From assembly GCA_964035545.1 (NCBI GenBank), contig OZ037769.1, forward strand, positions 10,384,633-10,448,632: a stretch of 64,000 nucleotides of DNA. Direction: 5' to 3'. Position 1 is the stretch's first letter; each line of letters opens with the position of its first letter. A program made the translations under genes and the position numbers. Shown piece after piece: positions 1-12,464 of the stretch. The stretch is from Bugula neritina. Lineage: Eukaryota > Animalia > Bryozoa. The notes under the pieces were generated by a model. That model saw nothing but the letters and a program-made list of their open reading frames with translations, made no database searches and had not been told where the DNA came from.

Positions 1-677
1 AATTAATATTGCTTTTAAACTTGTTTGCTCATGAGAATATTGAAAAATATGTGTGTCACTTTAAGCTCAGTTTGCTCAGTCATGGCAATAATATTCAGTC
101 GCAACAATCAATTTATAAAAAATATACATAACCCATATTATATCAAAGCTACTATTAAGTTAATATGTGATACAAGTAAGTCTAGTAGCCAATTCACTTC
201 TTATTCAGCAAAACATATCCTGTCTATGTATGAATCATTTCCAGTCTCTATAGCAGGTTGGTTTTCCAGTGTAAAATGTAATGCATGATGCCCTAATGAT
301 GAAGTTATTATTGCTCCTACACTTGATTCGTAATTTGATTTCAATATCATTTAGCTCATGCAAGGTTACTGTTTTATTTTAATATTTTTATTTCATATCA
401 GAAAATGAAGAAAAATACACAGGCCTTCTGTGCTATGGTAACCCGGAGAAGATCGCAAGAAATATATTCAGCTAGGGGATCGAAAAAGTGTATTTGTCAG
501 TTTGGGTTGTATCAAAAATAATTTTTCCTTCAATTCTCACTCGGAAAGGTGGGAAAAAGAACAACACAGGGGATTAGAGAGACTTAAGTATTTGTTAGTT
601 TGGATTGCATCAACATCAGATTTCATTCCAGTTGAAAACTCAAGTCAATAAAAAGCCAGTTACAGAAAAAAAATTAA

Positions 678-2060
678 GGGCGCTTTGGATACCCTACTCG
701 TAGGGGTAATTGTAGGGTAGGGTGCAATTATTTGAGCAATTACAGCAATTTTACTTAGACATTTTTGTTAACGAGTGCAACCGATAAAATATTAGCTTTA
801 TTAACGAATAGCATCTACTAAGATTTTTGAGCTACATTAGCGATGCAGTAAATAATGTTTTAGCATTTTGCTGTGTACACTACCAACGCCCGCTGCAGAC
901 GAATACATCTGCATCTTTCTCTGTGCAAAGCATCAACTAGTCACTATCGTGTTCATTTAACTCAAAACTATGGAGCCCTCAAGCAACTGTAAGTAGCAAT
1001 AACTTGCCATAGTATAAAATCAACCACGAATACAACATTTATTGTCATTATGTATGTTACATTATTTTATATAAGTTGATTTTTAATAAATTTCAAAGTG
1101 AAAGTTACTTTTAACTTTTTAAGATAATGGAGAAGAAGCAACGCAAGTACATATAGCCTACTGACTATGTTCATGTTATCAGGTTTTGTTCAAATTAAAT
1201 GTTTTGAAGAAAGTGTTCCAGTCATTGTATTACATATAGCATAAAAATATATCAAATATAAAATACATAAATGTATACTGTAATAGGTGTTGGTCAAATA
1301 CTACTACTACTATCACTACTATGAGTACTACAGTGCCCATGTTCAGAAATAAAGAGAAGGCAAATCCATATTCAAGTGTCTCAACATTTTTAAGCATGGA
1401 CTCTGAAGAAACAACAGACCAGCTGATGTAATTACTTCCACTAATATTAGAATCTCTTGAAGGCAGCAGTAGCAGCTTTTCATCTGAGGATGATGACACC
1501 ATGACAACCATCCCAAGACACCTGCCCAAGAGCAGGCGATATTTTGATCTGATAACGAATATGGACAATGAAGAGTTCTTCAGTCACTTTAGAATGGGAA
1601 AGGGTTAGTGCATTTCAAATTTTAGTCAGTAGCAGCTTTTCATCTGAGGATGATGACACCATGACAACCATCCCAAGACACCTGCCCAAGAGCAGGCAAT
1701 ATTTTGATCTGATAACGAATATGGACAATGAAGAGTTCTTCAGTCACTTTAGAATGGGAAGGGGTTAGTGCCTTTCAAATTTTAGTCAGTCGCATTATTT
1801 CACTTGATAATATCGATCATGCTAGCAATAATAACACTGCATAATTTTTAAAACAGCATGGTGTAATGACTAAATGTAAATTGCATAGCAAAAATATGTG
1901 CAGAGATGTTAATGCTAAAATGTGGCTAATTTTGCAGATGCATTCAACCTCTGTTGTGAAAATGATGAAAGAATCCAGGCTTACTCTGTACAGCCATGGT
2001 CTAACTAGCCAGCAAAAGTGCCTTGTAGCTCTATGGTATTTGGGCAGTGACGTAGCTTCA
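678..2060 (+). mobile_element. Degenerate PIF/Harbinger DNA transposon 5' part (HARBI1-like transposase fragments)
   Basis: Fragments translate to MDNEEFFSHFRMG (1561-1600 and 1721-1760) and LTSQQKCLVALWYLGS (~2001-2048), resembling the Harbinger transposase N-terminal FxxxFRM and helix-turn-helix motifs. TAA|GGGCGCTTTGGATACCC at 675-694 looks like a TAA target plus left terminal inverted repeat (TIR). Stops are present; no right TIR was found. Confidence 0.55.
1467..1790 (+). repeat. Direct tandem duplication, 2 x ~160 bp
   Basis: CAGTAGCAGCTTTTCATCTGAGG...TTTAGTCAGT occurs at 1467 and 1627 with about 3 mismatches. Confidence 0.95.
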
Positions 2061-3179
2061 GGTAAATCTACTACATTTAACATCTTATAGCTTAAAAATT
2101 AGAATATTTATTCAAATACAATAATTCAAATAACAAAAACACTAATGATCCTGAGTTTGCCAGAAAACCTTCATAAAGCAAATGCTACTATGAAAATGAT
2201 CAGACATAGTTGCAGAAACACCTGTTGAAAATGTAAAAAACAAGATGATCTACTTATGTCTTTCAAATGATGGTTTCGCAACAGGGGCAAAATAGTATTT
2301 TTCACTTTCATTGGAAGGATGAGAAAAAAAAACATCAAGACTTCACTGACAAAACACTTCATCTATACAGTACGCAACACCAACTACTATTTTAAGTTCT
2401 TCAGTCCATCAAAAATCTAGGAGTACATCATTATCTACTGAAGGACCAGGCTACGTTTGTAGAAAGAGATCTCAAACATGGAAGTGGATACTCCTAGGCC
2501 AGCAATTCTCATGAACCAGGTGAGAGTACCTACGAGGTGGACTTGAGACGAGAACGTAGCTTTCGAGTAGGTCACTGTGGCAGCTGCCACTCTTGGCCAC
2601 ACTAGTTTCCACTAAACTTTATGTAATGACGGTGCCGGTGAAAAAACTGCTGGTGGACAAGATGAAACATTTCAGGCAGACGAGGACCTGCATAGCTGAT
2701 ATACGCTACGCCATATGCTGGGGATGTGGTGGTGAGGCACTTCCTCCGAAGATGTCCCCACAATGGAAAGGAGGCAACCATTAAACACAAGAAACCACAA
2801 TAACCTATGCTGACCGTGGGCCAAGCTTAACGACTATTTGGCAGTGGAGGCTCTCCCGTCTGGGTAGCATGTCAATTAATGTGGAACGACTCAGTAGAAC
2901 AAACTGCCTGCAAAACATTTATATTGAAAAAATATATGTGCCAACAATAGGCCTTGTAAAAGAGTCTACCCCACAGCTCCAGCACACCTGTTTTTCGCCA
3001 TAGTCTCTGGCTTGGGCACTCCAGAACAGGTTTTAGGGATAGCTAAAGGAGTGAATAGATGAGGAATCTGAGTAGCACAGGTAGTTCACTCGGTTGCCCG
3101 CGACCTCAAAAGACCTCTTCTCAATGCACAAGAAGTGTCTATCAGAGATGAACTGCTCGTGGAGCACCCAACTCTCTGG

Positions 3180-3660
3180 ACCAGCTATTTCCTGCCTGGC
3201 AAAAATGTAGGCCTAGCAGCCACATTCTTGTAGATACAAGATACACAAGTGAAACATTAACATCAGTAAGTCGGCAGTGATGATGAGCAGGCAAAAAATC
3301 GCTTGAGTTGACAAGTTCATCAGACCACTGGTGGGGTAGTGCAGGTAGTACAGGGCTGTACTCTAGGGCTACAGTTGGAAATGTACGGAAATATCCACGT
3401 TAGAGGTTGTGGTGGGGCAGTTCTGTTCAATGCAGGAAAAATATGTGATGCCCACCTGGGAGGCAGTGGAGGCTGAGACAGGAAGCCTCCCTTATTCGGC
3501 ATGGGACCAGTCCCAGAACACATGGCGGACTTGTATGAAGGGGCTTGTGATGAATGAAAAAACCAACAGGAGAGCCTGATGACCAAGGTGCTCAGAAATT
3601 ACAAGGACATGTTTGGCAGCGGGATGATGACATGGGCTTGACTATGTTTGTCCGTCATTC
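3180..3660 (+). pseudogene. Decayed Gypsy pol fragment (protease to pre-RT region) related to Gypsy-B
   Basis: Fragments SYFLPGK, GGVVQVVQGCTL, VPEHMADLYEGAC and MTKVLRNYKDMFGSG/DDMGLTMFVRH are collinear with Gypsy-B pol ESYFLPGK, GGVQVVRNCTV, VPTHLRELYETAC and MAKLLRDYGDVFSSGDHDVGLTEVVRH; deletions, frameshifts and stops. 2420-3180 may be degraded gag of the same copy. Confidence 0.7.
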
Positions 3661-4804
3661 TTGTATATACAAGCATCAAAACTAGTTAATTGCATCATTC
3701 CTTTTTAACTAAAATAAGAGAAGTGTAAAAGGGATGCAGGGATCATACTGAAATATGAAGAAAAGTTGATTTTCAAGTCATCGAAAACATTGTGGAAAAA
3801 AAATAAAGGCCTTTGCCATTTTTTGCACTTCCATGCACTAAAACTAGATAATCACTTTGGTGCTTTTGACAATGAGGAAGTTTTAAAATATACAAATCAG
3901 TAACAGAAAAGCTTTTTTAAAGCATACACCTCAGGTTTATCTCATACACTGGACCATATAATCATACGAAGAAGATTGTTTGTGCAATGGCACAGACTTC
4001 TGTTTTCAACCTTCAATTGTGATTACTATAGTTGACCAATAAAGAATTTACAATTTTTATTGTTTGGCAACTTGTACTCTTGTAGTTAATGACTTTGTTG
4101 GGTTTTTGCAGGGAGTACTCAGTTGGAGCTAGAGGGACAGGCTGAAGGTAACAAATTTGCATACAAAATAGCTACTTTACTCCTACCCGTCTCCTAATGG
4201 TGAGATATAGCTATTGGAAAACATGATGTGTATGTTGTATATAATGCGATATGCCTCAAAGTGTAAAAGGGATGCAGCGATTGGAATATAATGCGGACCT
4301 TACATTGCAGCGATCATACTGAAATATGAAAAAAAGTAATAAAAACTAAGTAATCGCATAACTCCCCTTTTTAGACACCATGTTTTAAAAAGTGCAAAAC
4401 AGTTATAGTTAAGCTCTTACAAAGCTTATACCTCAGGTGTATACTATGTGATTGGTGATACGCTTATAGCCACTGAGTCATATATAAAAAAATTTCTTAC
4501 ATGATATAAGTGCCAAAAAAACAAAAATTCTCTATTAAAGCAAGAAACTCTGCAAAAACTCATTCTAAAAACAATGAAAGCCAAAATTAACCCGGCAGTT
4601 TAAGTTAGAAATCAGATTGGACTATGAAGAGACACTGCACACTGTGTGAGAGAGTAATCAGAAACAAAAATGCTAGTAATTCTAAATAAATTGATAAAAC
4701 AGGTTCAAACCTGGTAAACAAAAATCTATAGGCCAGCAGGCAAAGTGAAAAACTCAGCAGTCTAATTTAACCTACACACTACTGTAGTGTTGAGTTGACC
4801 CAAT

Positions 4805-4876
4805 GGCCTCCGTGGTGTAATGGTAGCACACTTGCTTGCAGGCCAGAGGACTCGGGTTTGATTCCCAGTCGTGGCT
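4805..4876 (+). pseudogene. tRNA-derived (pseudo-tRNA/SINE head) sequence, copy 1
   Basis: A box TGGTGTAATGG, D-arm GTGT..GCAC like tRNA-Gln, B box GGTTTGATTCC. Acceptor, anticodon and T stems are mismatched, so not a functional tRNA. Confidence 0.7.
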
Positions 4877-6259
4877 CTCGCCTGGAAGTCACACTCGGGG
4901 CAGGTCACCAGGATCCTCTACCCTGGCTTTGCCCCACAGTTTCAAATCTTCAAAGGTCTGGACCAGCTCAAGAATCTGGACATCTTTCAACGTCCTCACA
5001 CTCCAGAAGCAAACGGCAAAGTTTCGGAGGAAACTCAAAGTGCCAAATTATCAGGTTAAGGGAAGAAACCTACGGGATCTTCTCATGCCACTGTCAAGTC
5101 TACAAGAGAGATGAGTCGTCCGACAGCATCTCTGACACCCACGTCATACACAGAAATATATAATGTGAAGAGGACTTTTTGTGCCATGGCACACTGGCCG
5201 ACAAGCTGAGCTTTTCTTTTAAACCACAAAAACTTACTGCTAGTGGAACTTCAGAAAAGCAGAGCAAGTTAAGAAGAACTGAGAAAAGAAAATGCAAATG
5301 ACTGCTCAAAGAAATATAATGGAAACATATTTGGTGCTAGTGAAAACTTTTAAAAACAATAATCTTTCAAAAAATTGAAACGTCAAAAATATATCAATTT
5401 ATTCACCTGACTGTATGCATCTTAATTTAGAAATACGTTGTACGATTTTGTCGATTTATTGATTTATATCATCTCACTTTGATAACTGATTTGCTAAGTA
5501 TTAGAATTGAAGAAAGTGTCTTACCATTTTGATTGCTAAATATCTTTTAGTCAGTTTTAATTTCAGATGAACAGTTAGCATAGTGCTACTAAAAATACAA
5601 CATTGCCCAATGTTGTGGTTAAATAATAGCATTTCAGATATTTATAATTTAAAAGTTCGAAGCAGCTAAAACATAGATATCCACAAGTTTTTGCCAAATT
5701 GATTGCAAGCTCCTCAATTTAAAATGCAAGACAAACTTAGCTAAACTTTGTACTGAAAGTTACATGTGGTTCACCATTTTTCAAGTTTAGGAAAATATAG
5801 ATAAGCTGGAGTTTCCAAAGCCAAGGCAAGCCAACTGAGAAAAATAAATGCAAAAAAATATATATGAGAAATTTGGAAATGCTGAACACATCAGCATTTT
5901 TCAAATGATTAGTGATACGCTTATAGCCACTGAGCCGTATATAAAAAAAATTCTTACATGGTATAAGTGCCAAAAAAGCAAACTCTCTTTTAAAGCAAGA
6001 AACTCTGCGAAAACTCATTCTAAAAACAATGAAAGCCAAAATTAACCCGGCAGTTTAAGTTAGAGATCAGATTGGACTATGAAGAGACACTGCACACTAT
6101 GTGAGAGATTAATCAGAAACAAAAATGCTAGTAATTCTATATAAGTTAATAAAACAGGTTCAAACCTGGTAAACAAAAATCTATAGGCCAGCAGGTAAAG
6201 TGAAAAACTCAGCAGTCTAATTTAACCTACACACTACTGTAGTGTTGAGTTTACCCAAT

Positions 6260-6331
6260 GGCCTCCGTGGTGTAATGGTAGCACACTTGCTTGCAAGCCA
6301 GAGGACTCGGGTTTGATTCCCAGTCGTGGCT
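6260..6331 (+). pseudogene. tRNA-derived head, copy 2
   Basis: Same A/B-box sequence as 4805-4876. Confidence 0.7.
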
Positions 6332-7711
6332 CTCGCCTGGAAGTCACACTCGGGGCAGGTCACCAGGATCCTTTACCCTGGCTCTGCCCTACAGTCTCAG
6401 GTTTTCAAAGGTCTGGACCAGCTCAAGAATCTGGACATTTTCCAACGTCTTCACACTCCAGAAGCAAACGGCAAAGTTTCGGAGGAAACTCAAAGTGCCA
6501 AGTTATCAGGTTAAGGGAAGAAACCTACGGGATCTTCTCATGCTGCTGTCAAGTCTACAAGAGAGATGAGTCGTCCGACAGCATCTCTGACACTCACGTC
6601 ATACACAGAAATATATAATGTGAAGAGGATTCTTTGTGTCATGGCACACTGGCCGACAAGCTGAGCTTTTCTTTTAAACCACAAAAACTTACTGCTAGTG
6701 GAACTTCAGAAAAGCAGAGCAAGTTAAGAAGAACTGAGAAAAAAAAATGCAAATAACTGCTTAAAGAAATATAATGGAAACATATTTGGTGCTAGTGAAA
6801 ACTTTTAAAAACAATAATCTTTTAAAAAATTGAAACGTCAAAAGTATATCAATTTATTCACCTGACTGTATGCATCTTAATTTAGAAATACGTTGTACGA
6901 TTTTGTTAATTTATTGATTTATATCATCTCACTTTGATAACTGATTTGCTAAGTATTAGAATTGAAAAAAGTGTCTTACCATTTTGATTGCTAAATATCT
7001 TTTAGTCAGTTTTAATTTCAGATGAACAGTTAGCATAGTGCTACTAAAAATACAACATTGCCCAATGTTGTGGTTAGTAATAGCATTTCAGATATTTATA
7101 ATTTAAAAGTTCGAAGCAGATAAAAAAATATAGATATTCACAAAGTTTTTGCCAAATTGATTGCAAGCTCCTCAATTTAAAATGCAAGACAAACTTAGCT
7201 AAACTTTGTACTGAAAGTTACATGTGGTTCACAATTTTTCAAATTTAGGAAAATATAGATAAGCTGGAGTTTCCAAAGCCAAGGCAAGCCAACTGAGAAA
7301 AATAAATGCAAAAAAACATATATGAGAAATTTGGAAATGCTGAATACATCAGCATTTTTCAAATGATTGGTGATACGCTTATAGCCACTGAGTCATATAT
7401 AAAAAAAATTCTTACATGGTATAAGTGCCAAAAAAACAAAAATTCTTTTTTAAAGCAAGAAACTCTGCAAAAACTCATTCTAAAAACAATGAAAGCCAAA
7501 ATTAACCCGGCAGTTTAAGTTAGAGATCAGATGAAGAGACACTGCACACTATGTGAGAGAGTAATCAGAAACAAAAATGCTAGTAATTCTATATAAGTTA
7601 ATAAAACAGGTTAAAACCTGGTAAACAAAAATCTATAGGCCAGCAGGTAAAGTGAAAAACTCAGCAGTCTAATTTAACCTACACACTACTGTAGTGTTGA
7701 GTTTACCCAAT

Positions 7712-7783
7712 GGCCTCCGTGGTGTAATGGTAGCACACTTGCTTGCAAGCCAGAGGACTCGGGTTTGATTCCCAGTCGTGGCT
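7712..7783 (+). pseudogene. tRNA-derived head, copy 3
   Basis: Same A/B-box sequence as 4805-4876. Confidence 0.7.
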
Positions 7784-9166
7784 CTCGCCTGGAAGTCACA
7801 CTCGGGGCAGGTCACCAGGATCCTTTACCCTGGCTTTGCCCTACAGTCTCAGGTTTTCAAAGGTCTGGACCAGCTCAAGAATCTGGACATTTTCCAACGT
7901 CTTCACACTCCAGAAGAAAACGGCAAAGTTTCGGAGGAAACTCAAAGTGCCAAGTTATCAGGTAAAGGGAAGAAACCTACAGGATCTTCTCATGCCACTG
8001 TCAAGTCTACAAGAGAGATGAGTCGTCCGACAGCATCTCTGACACTCACGTCATACACAGAAATATATAATGTGAAGAGGATTCTTTGTGTCATGGCACA
8101 CTGGCCGACAAGCGGAGCTTTTCTTTTAAACCACAAAAACTTACTGCTAGTGGAGCTTCAGAAAAGCAGAGCAAGTTAAGAAGAACTGAGAAAAGAAAAT
8201 GCAAATGACTGCTCAAAGAAATATAATGGAAACATATTTGGTGCTAGTGAAAACTTTTAAAAACAATAATCTTTCAAAAAATTGAAACGTCAAAAATATA
8301 TCAATTTATTCACCTGACTGTATGCATCTTAATTTAGAAATACGTTGTACGATTTTGTCGATTTATTGATTTATATCATCTCACTTTGATAACTGATTTG
8401 CTAAGTATTAGAATTGAAAAAAGTGTCTTACCATTTTGATTGCTAAATATCTTTTAGTCAGTTTTAATTTCAGATGAACAGTTAGCATAGTGCTACTAAA
8501 AATACAACATTGCCCAATGTTGTGGTTAAATAATAGCATTTCAGATATTTATAATTTAAAAGTTCGAAGCAGCTAAAACATAGATATCCACAAGTTTTTG
8601 CCAAATTGATTGCAAGCTCCTCAATTTAAAATGCAAGACAAACTTAGCTAAACTTTGTACTGAAAGTTACATGTGGTTCACCATTTTTCAAGTTTAGGAA
8701 AATATAGATAAGCTGGAGTTTCCAAAGCCAAGGCAAGCCAACTGAGAAAAATAAATGCAAAAAAACATATATGAGAAATTTGGAAATGCTGAACACATCA
8801 GCATTTTTCAAATGATTAGTGATACGCTTATAGCCACTGAGCCATATATAAAAAAAATTCTTACATGGTATAAGTGCCAAAAAAGCAAACTCTCTTTTAA
8901 AGCAAGAAACTCTGCGAAAACTCATTCTAAAAACAATGAAAGCCAAAATTAACCCGGCAGTTTAAGTTAGAGATCAGATTGGACTATGAAGAGACACTGC
9001 ACACTATGTGAGAGATTAATCAGAAACAAAAATGCTAGTAATTCTATATAAGTTAATAAAACAGGTTCAAACCTGGTAAACAAAAATCTATAGGCCAGCA
9101 GGTAAAGTGAAAAACTCAGCAGTCTAATTTAACCTACACACTACTGTAGTGTTGAGTTTACCCAAT

Positions 9167-9238
9167 GGCCTCCGTGGTGTAATGGTAGCACACTTGCTTG
9201 CAAGCCAGAGGACTCGGGTTTGATTCCCAGTCGTGGCT
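9167..9238 (+). pseudogene. tRNA-derived head, copy 4
   Basis: Same A/B-box sequence as 4805-4876. Confidence 0.7.
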
Positions 9239-9422
9239 CTCGCCTGGAAGTCACACTCGGGGCAGGTCACCAGGATCCTTTACCCTGGCTCTGCCCTACA
9301 GTCTCAGGTTTTCAAAGGTCTGGACCAGCTCAAGAATCTGGACATTTTCCAACGTCTTCACACTCCAGAAGCAAACGGCAAAGTTTCGGAGGAAACTCAA
9401 AGTGCCAAATTATCATGTAAAG

Positions 9423-9446
9423 GCGTGCGTGCGTGCGTGCGTGCGT
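9423..9446. repeat. (GCGT)6 microsatellite at the array breakpoint
   Basis: Direct reading. Confidence 0.9.
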
Positions 9447-10058
9447 GTAGTTATCATAAATTCTCACCTTGGCAAAACAAGCTTCTCTGCTTCCAGATTA
9501 ACACTATACCTATACATAGACTCAGTGTCATCTCTATAAAGAAACAATTGCTTCTAAGTTTTCAATTAGCCATAACACAGCATAGCATGGAGACGAGCAG
9601 TATTATATTATCTGAAAATTAATATTAGTATTACTATTACTATTAGTATTACAACTATTATTATTAATATTATAATCATAATAGACACTGGAACTAGTAT
9701 TTACTTCTTGTTATTAAAGCTAGTCTTGCTTCTTGGGCTTAACATAATTACTAAAACTAAAAATAAAAGTAAAATAGTAAAGTTATTACTATTTTTATTA
9801 CTATCAGTATTAGACTTATGTTTCGGGTTAAAATATTTTTATCGAAGTAGAGGACAATCTTGTTAATGTTATACTTATAATAAGCCATTTATTTAATAGC
9901 ATTAATAGTAAATCAAATTTAATGCTATAATACTAACACTAAATGCAATGCCAATGGTTATTGTAATGCTAATACTAATAGTAATACTAAATTACTTAAT
10001 CTTATACTTGGTCTTATACTTATAGTTATAGTTATACTAAGAATAAATGTAATACTAA

Positions 10059-10391
10059 TGTAGTGAACTAGGCTTTGAGTTGAGCATTAACTCTTCACTG
10101 ATGTTTTTTATTATGTTTTATTATACTTCTATTGACATCCTATTGACATCGTCAAGACTACAATTATTGCAATTCAAACTTACATGATCAGGATAAACAT
10201 AAATAAACAATAAACAAAAAAGAAAACAATATAATTAATGTAAATAACTTACTTATTATGCTCTCTTAAAATTATACCAGTTCACTAGCACCAACTATTG
10301 CCAAGTGCCAGAGTTAGCACTGGCTGTGCTGTAGAAAGCTTTTCTTAGTGACGCTAAAATAGCTTAGCAAACTAGCGCTAATTTCACTACA
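10059..10391. mobile_element. Solo LTR, 333 bp
   Basis: Termini TGTAGTGAA...TTCACTACA (9-bp inverted repeat, TG..CA) flanked by a perfect 5-bp TSD ACTAA (10054-10058 / 10392-10396). Confidence 0.8.
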
Positions 10392-11558
10392 ACTAAGTTA
10401 ATAGTAATACTAATACTAAGTCTAATGTAATACTAATAGTAATAATCTAATACATTTACCATTAGTAGAAATTGCTGATTATGAGATATCAGTATTGTAA
10501 TCAAACTTCCTTCAATTTTGTATTTCAAGTTGTCATGAACTTGAAGCGCAACATCAAAGATGCCTGCACTGGATATGCCTCATATGGCGGTCTGCAAGCA
10601 AACGCATGGAGACTAATACCCTACGGCGCTTTTTTAATTAATTATTTTTAAAAAAATTTTAACACTTCAATAAAACATTCAAAACATAAAAGTTTCAAAA
10701 TTGATGAAAATATTTAATCATTACAGATGAAATTTTAACACTTCACCAAAAGGTTTTGTGACGAGGCTATTATTCAACTATAGCGAATCACGGTCATCTT
10801 GTCCCACCGAAAATGGTTTGTGGGGGGATAACTCAAGCAACACAATACGGAAGCGTCCTTTGAAAGTTTAATAACATTCCAACACCCTGGATTGCTTTCT
10901 AAACATATTATTATTGTCGAACAAAAATTTAAAATAAAAAATTTATAAGATAAAATTAAAATAAATTTTGTAATTTATAATAAATAACTGAATTGAATAA
11001 CTGAATTAAATAACTGAATTAGTTTTGAATCAAGTTAAATTGAACTTCTGATTTAGTCAGATTGGTCAGTTAAAATGAAGCGAAGTTACTTATTAGCTTT
11101 TAGTTTCAAAATTTCTTTATAATTTGCAATTGCTTAATCAAAGATAAGAGTTATCTTCGCTCGACAAATATTATTGGTTTGGAAATCATGTAGTAATGTG
11201 TATGCGTGGTTCTACGTGTATTGTGTAATGGTTAGCACTCAGGTTAATATTCTGTGAGACAAATTTGGGATTTGCTCCCCCAGAAGAATTGAAATTATAA
11301 TATATATATGTTTTGTATAATATGTATATCTATTTGATGATAATATTGAAGCAAGCAAATTACAATAATAAAATATTACAAGAAATTAGCCAAACCAAAA
11401 CAAAGATTATCCTAGCGATCCTTTGAAATCTTGCTGTGTTTACACTATACTAGCAAACATAAATTGATAAGCCTGACAATCGAGATAGACAAGTTATCCA
11501 AACTAAATACACAAAGGAATTGCAGTTAGAACATCAATATTAAAATAATTCCTTTAAC

Positions 11559-12285
11559 ATAAATTTGTGCAGCCTTGAAATAAACTCTCCAGTATAAATT
11601 TGTGCAGCCTTGACATAAATTTTCTCAATATAAATTTGTGCAGCCTTGAAATAAATTTTCTCAATTCAAATGTTTCTCAAATAATATAAATTTGTGCAGC
11701 CTTGAAATAAATTTTCTCAATTCAAATATTTCTCAAATATAAATTTGTGCAGCTTTGAAATAAATTTTCTCAATTCAAATATTTCTCAAATATAAATTTG
11801 TGCAGCCTTGAAATAAATTTTCTCAATTCAAATATTTCTCAAATATAAATTTGTGCAGCCTTAAAATAAATTTTCTCAATTCAAAAATTTCTCAAATATA
11901 AATTTGTACAGCCTTAAAAAAAAATTCAAATATTTTCTTCAATATAAATTTGTGCTGCTTTAAATCAATAAATCAAATCAAAACTTTCTTCAAATAAATT
12001 TGTGCTGCTCATAAAATCAATCAATTCAAACAATTTTCCTCAAATAAATTTGTGCTGCTTTAAAATTAAATCAATAGATTAATTCAAACAATTTCTTTAA
12101 ATAAATTTGTGCTGCTTCAAAATTAAAAGATCAATTCAAACAATTTCTTTAAATAAATTTGTGCTGCTTTAAAATTAAATTAATAGATTAATTCAAACAA
12201 TTTCTTTAAATAAATTTGTGCTGCTTTAAAACTAAAAGATTAATTCAAACAATTTTCCTTAAAATAAATTTGTGCTGCTTTAAAA
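11559..12285. repeat. Minisatellite, ~15 units of 35-56 bp with core ATAAATTTGTGC(A/T)GC
   Basis: Repeated core; left units read GTGCAGCCTT and right units GTGCTGCTT. Confidence 0.92.
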
Positions 12286-12429
12286 GAACATTGATAAACT
12301 TGTTAGTTCAAGTAGCATAGTACAAGAAGTTAATACATAAACATATCCTTAACATAAATTGTAACATTACTTACTGCAATCAGTCTATATCAATATGTGT
12401 ATAGTCAGTATATGAATCATATATTAATT

Positions 12430-12464
12430 AATGATTTTCCAGAGATTCGGCGGCTCCTTTTATA
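12430..12464 (-). promoter_or_regulatory. Putative Pol II core promoter (TATA + Inr)
   Basis: Minus-strand TATAAAAGG (12456-12464) lies ~32 nt upstream of Inr-like TCATT (12430-12434). Upstream is a GC-richer region with TGACG motifs; downstream is a donor CA|GTAAGT at 12375/12374. Confidence 0.4.

Larger units (their letters stand above)
4451..9423 (+). repeat. Tandem array, ~3.4 copies of a ~1455-bp unit
   Basis: The landmark GGCCTCCGTGGTGTAATGG occurs at 4805, 6260, 7712 and 9167 (spacing 1455, 1452, 1455). Copies are highly similar throughout. The array breaks at ~9420 into (GCGT)n. Confidence 0.97.

Noticed and set aside
3720-4450. Short dispersed repeats (3721-3770 vs 4259-4337; ~3915-3945 vs ~4418-4445)
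   Set aside because: Too short and degraded to define an element.
4805-4876. Functional tRNA gene (Cys/Ala/Gln)
   Set aside because: The acceptor, T and anticodon stems are mismatched, the anticodon loop is irregular and the B box is altered.
4795-9622. Protein-coding ORFs in the 1.45-kb units, including an LRR-like FKGLDQLKNLDI
   Set aside because: Short overlapping ORFs with non-ATG starts, stops that differ between copies and only a single motif; no gene model can be supported.
11213-11285. tRNA/SINE head (TGTGTAATGGTTAGCAC)
   Set aside because: Only an A-box-like stretch; the B box is too degenerate to call.
11559-12285. CRISPR-like repeat/spacer appearance
   Set aside because: The linkers are related to one another rather than unique, there are no cas genes, and the context is eukaryotic; it is a minisatellite.
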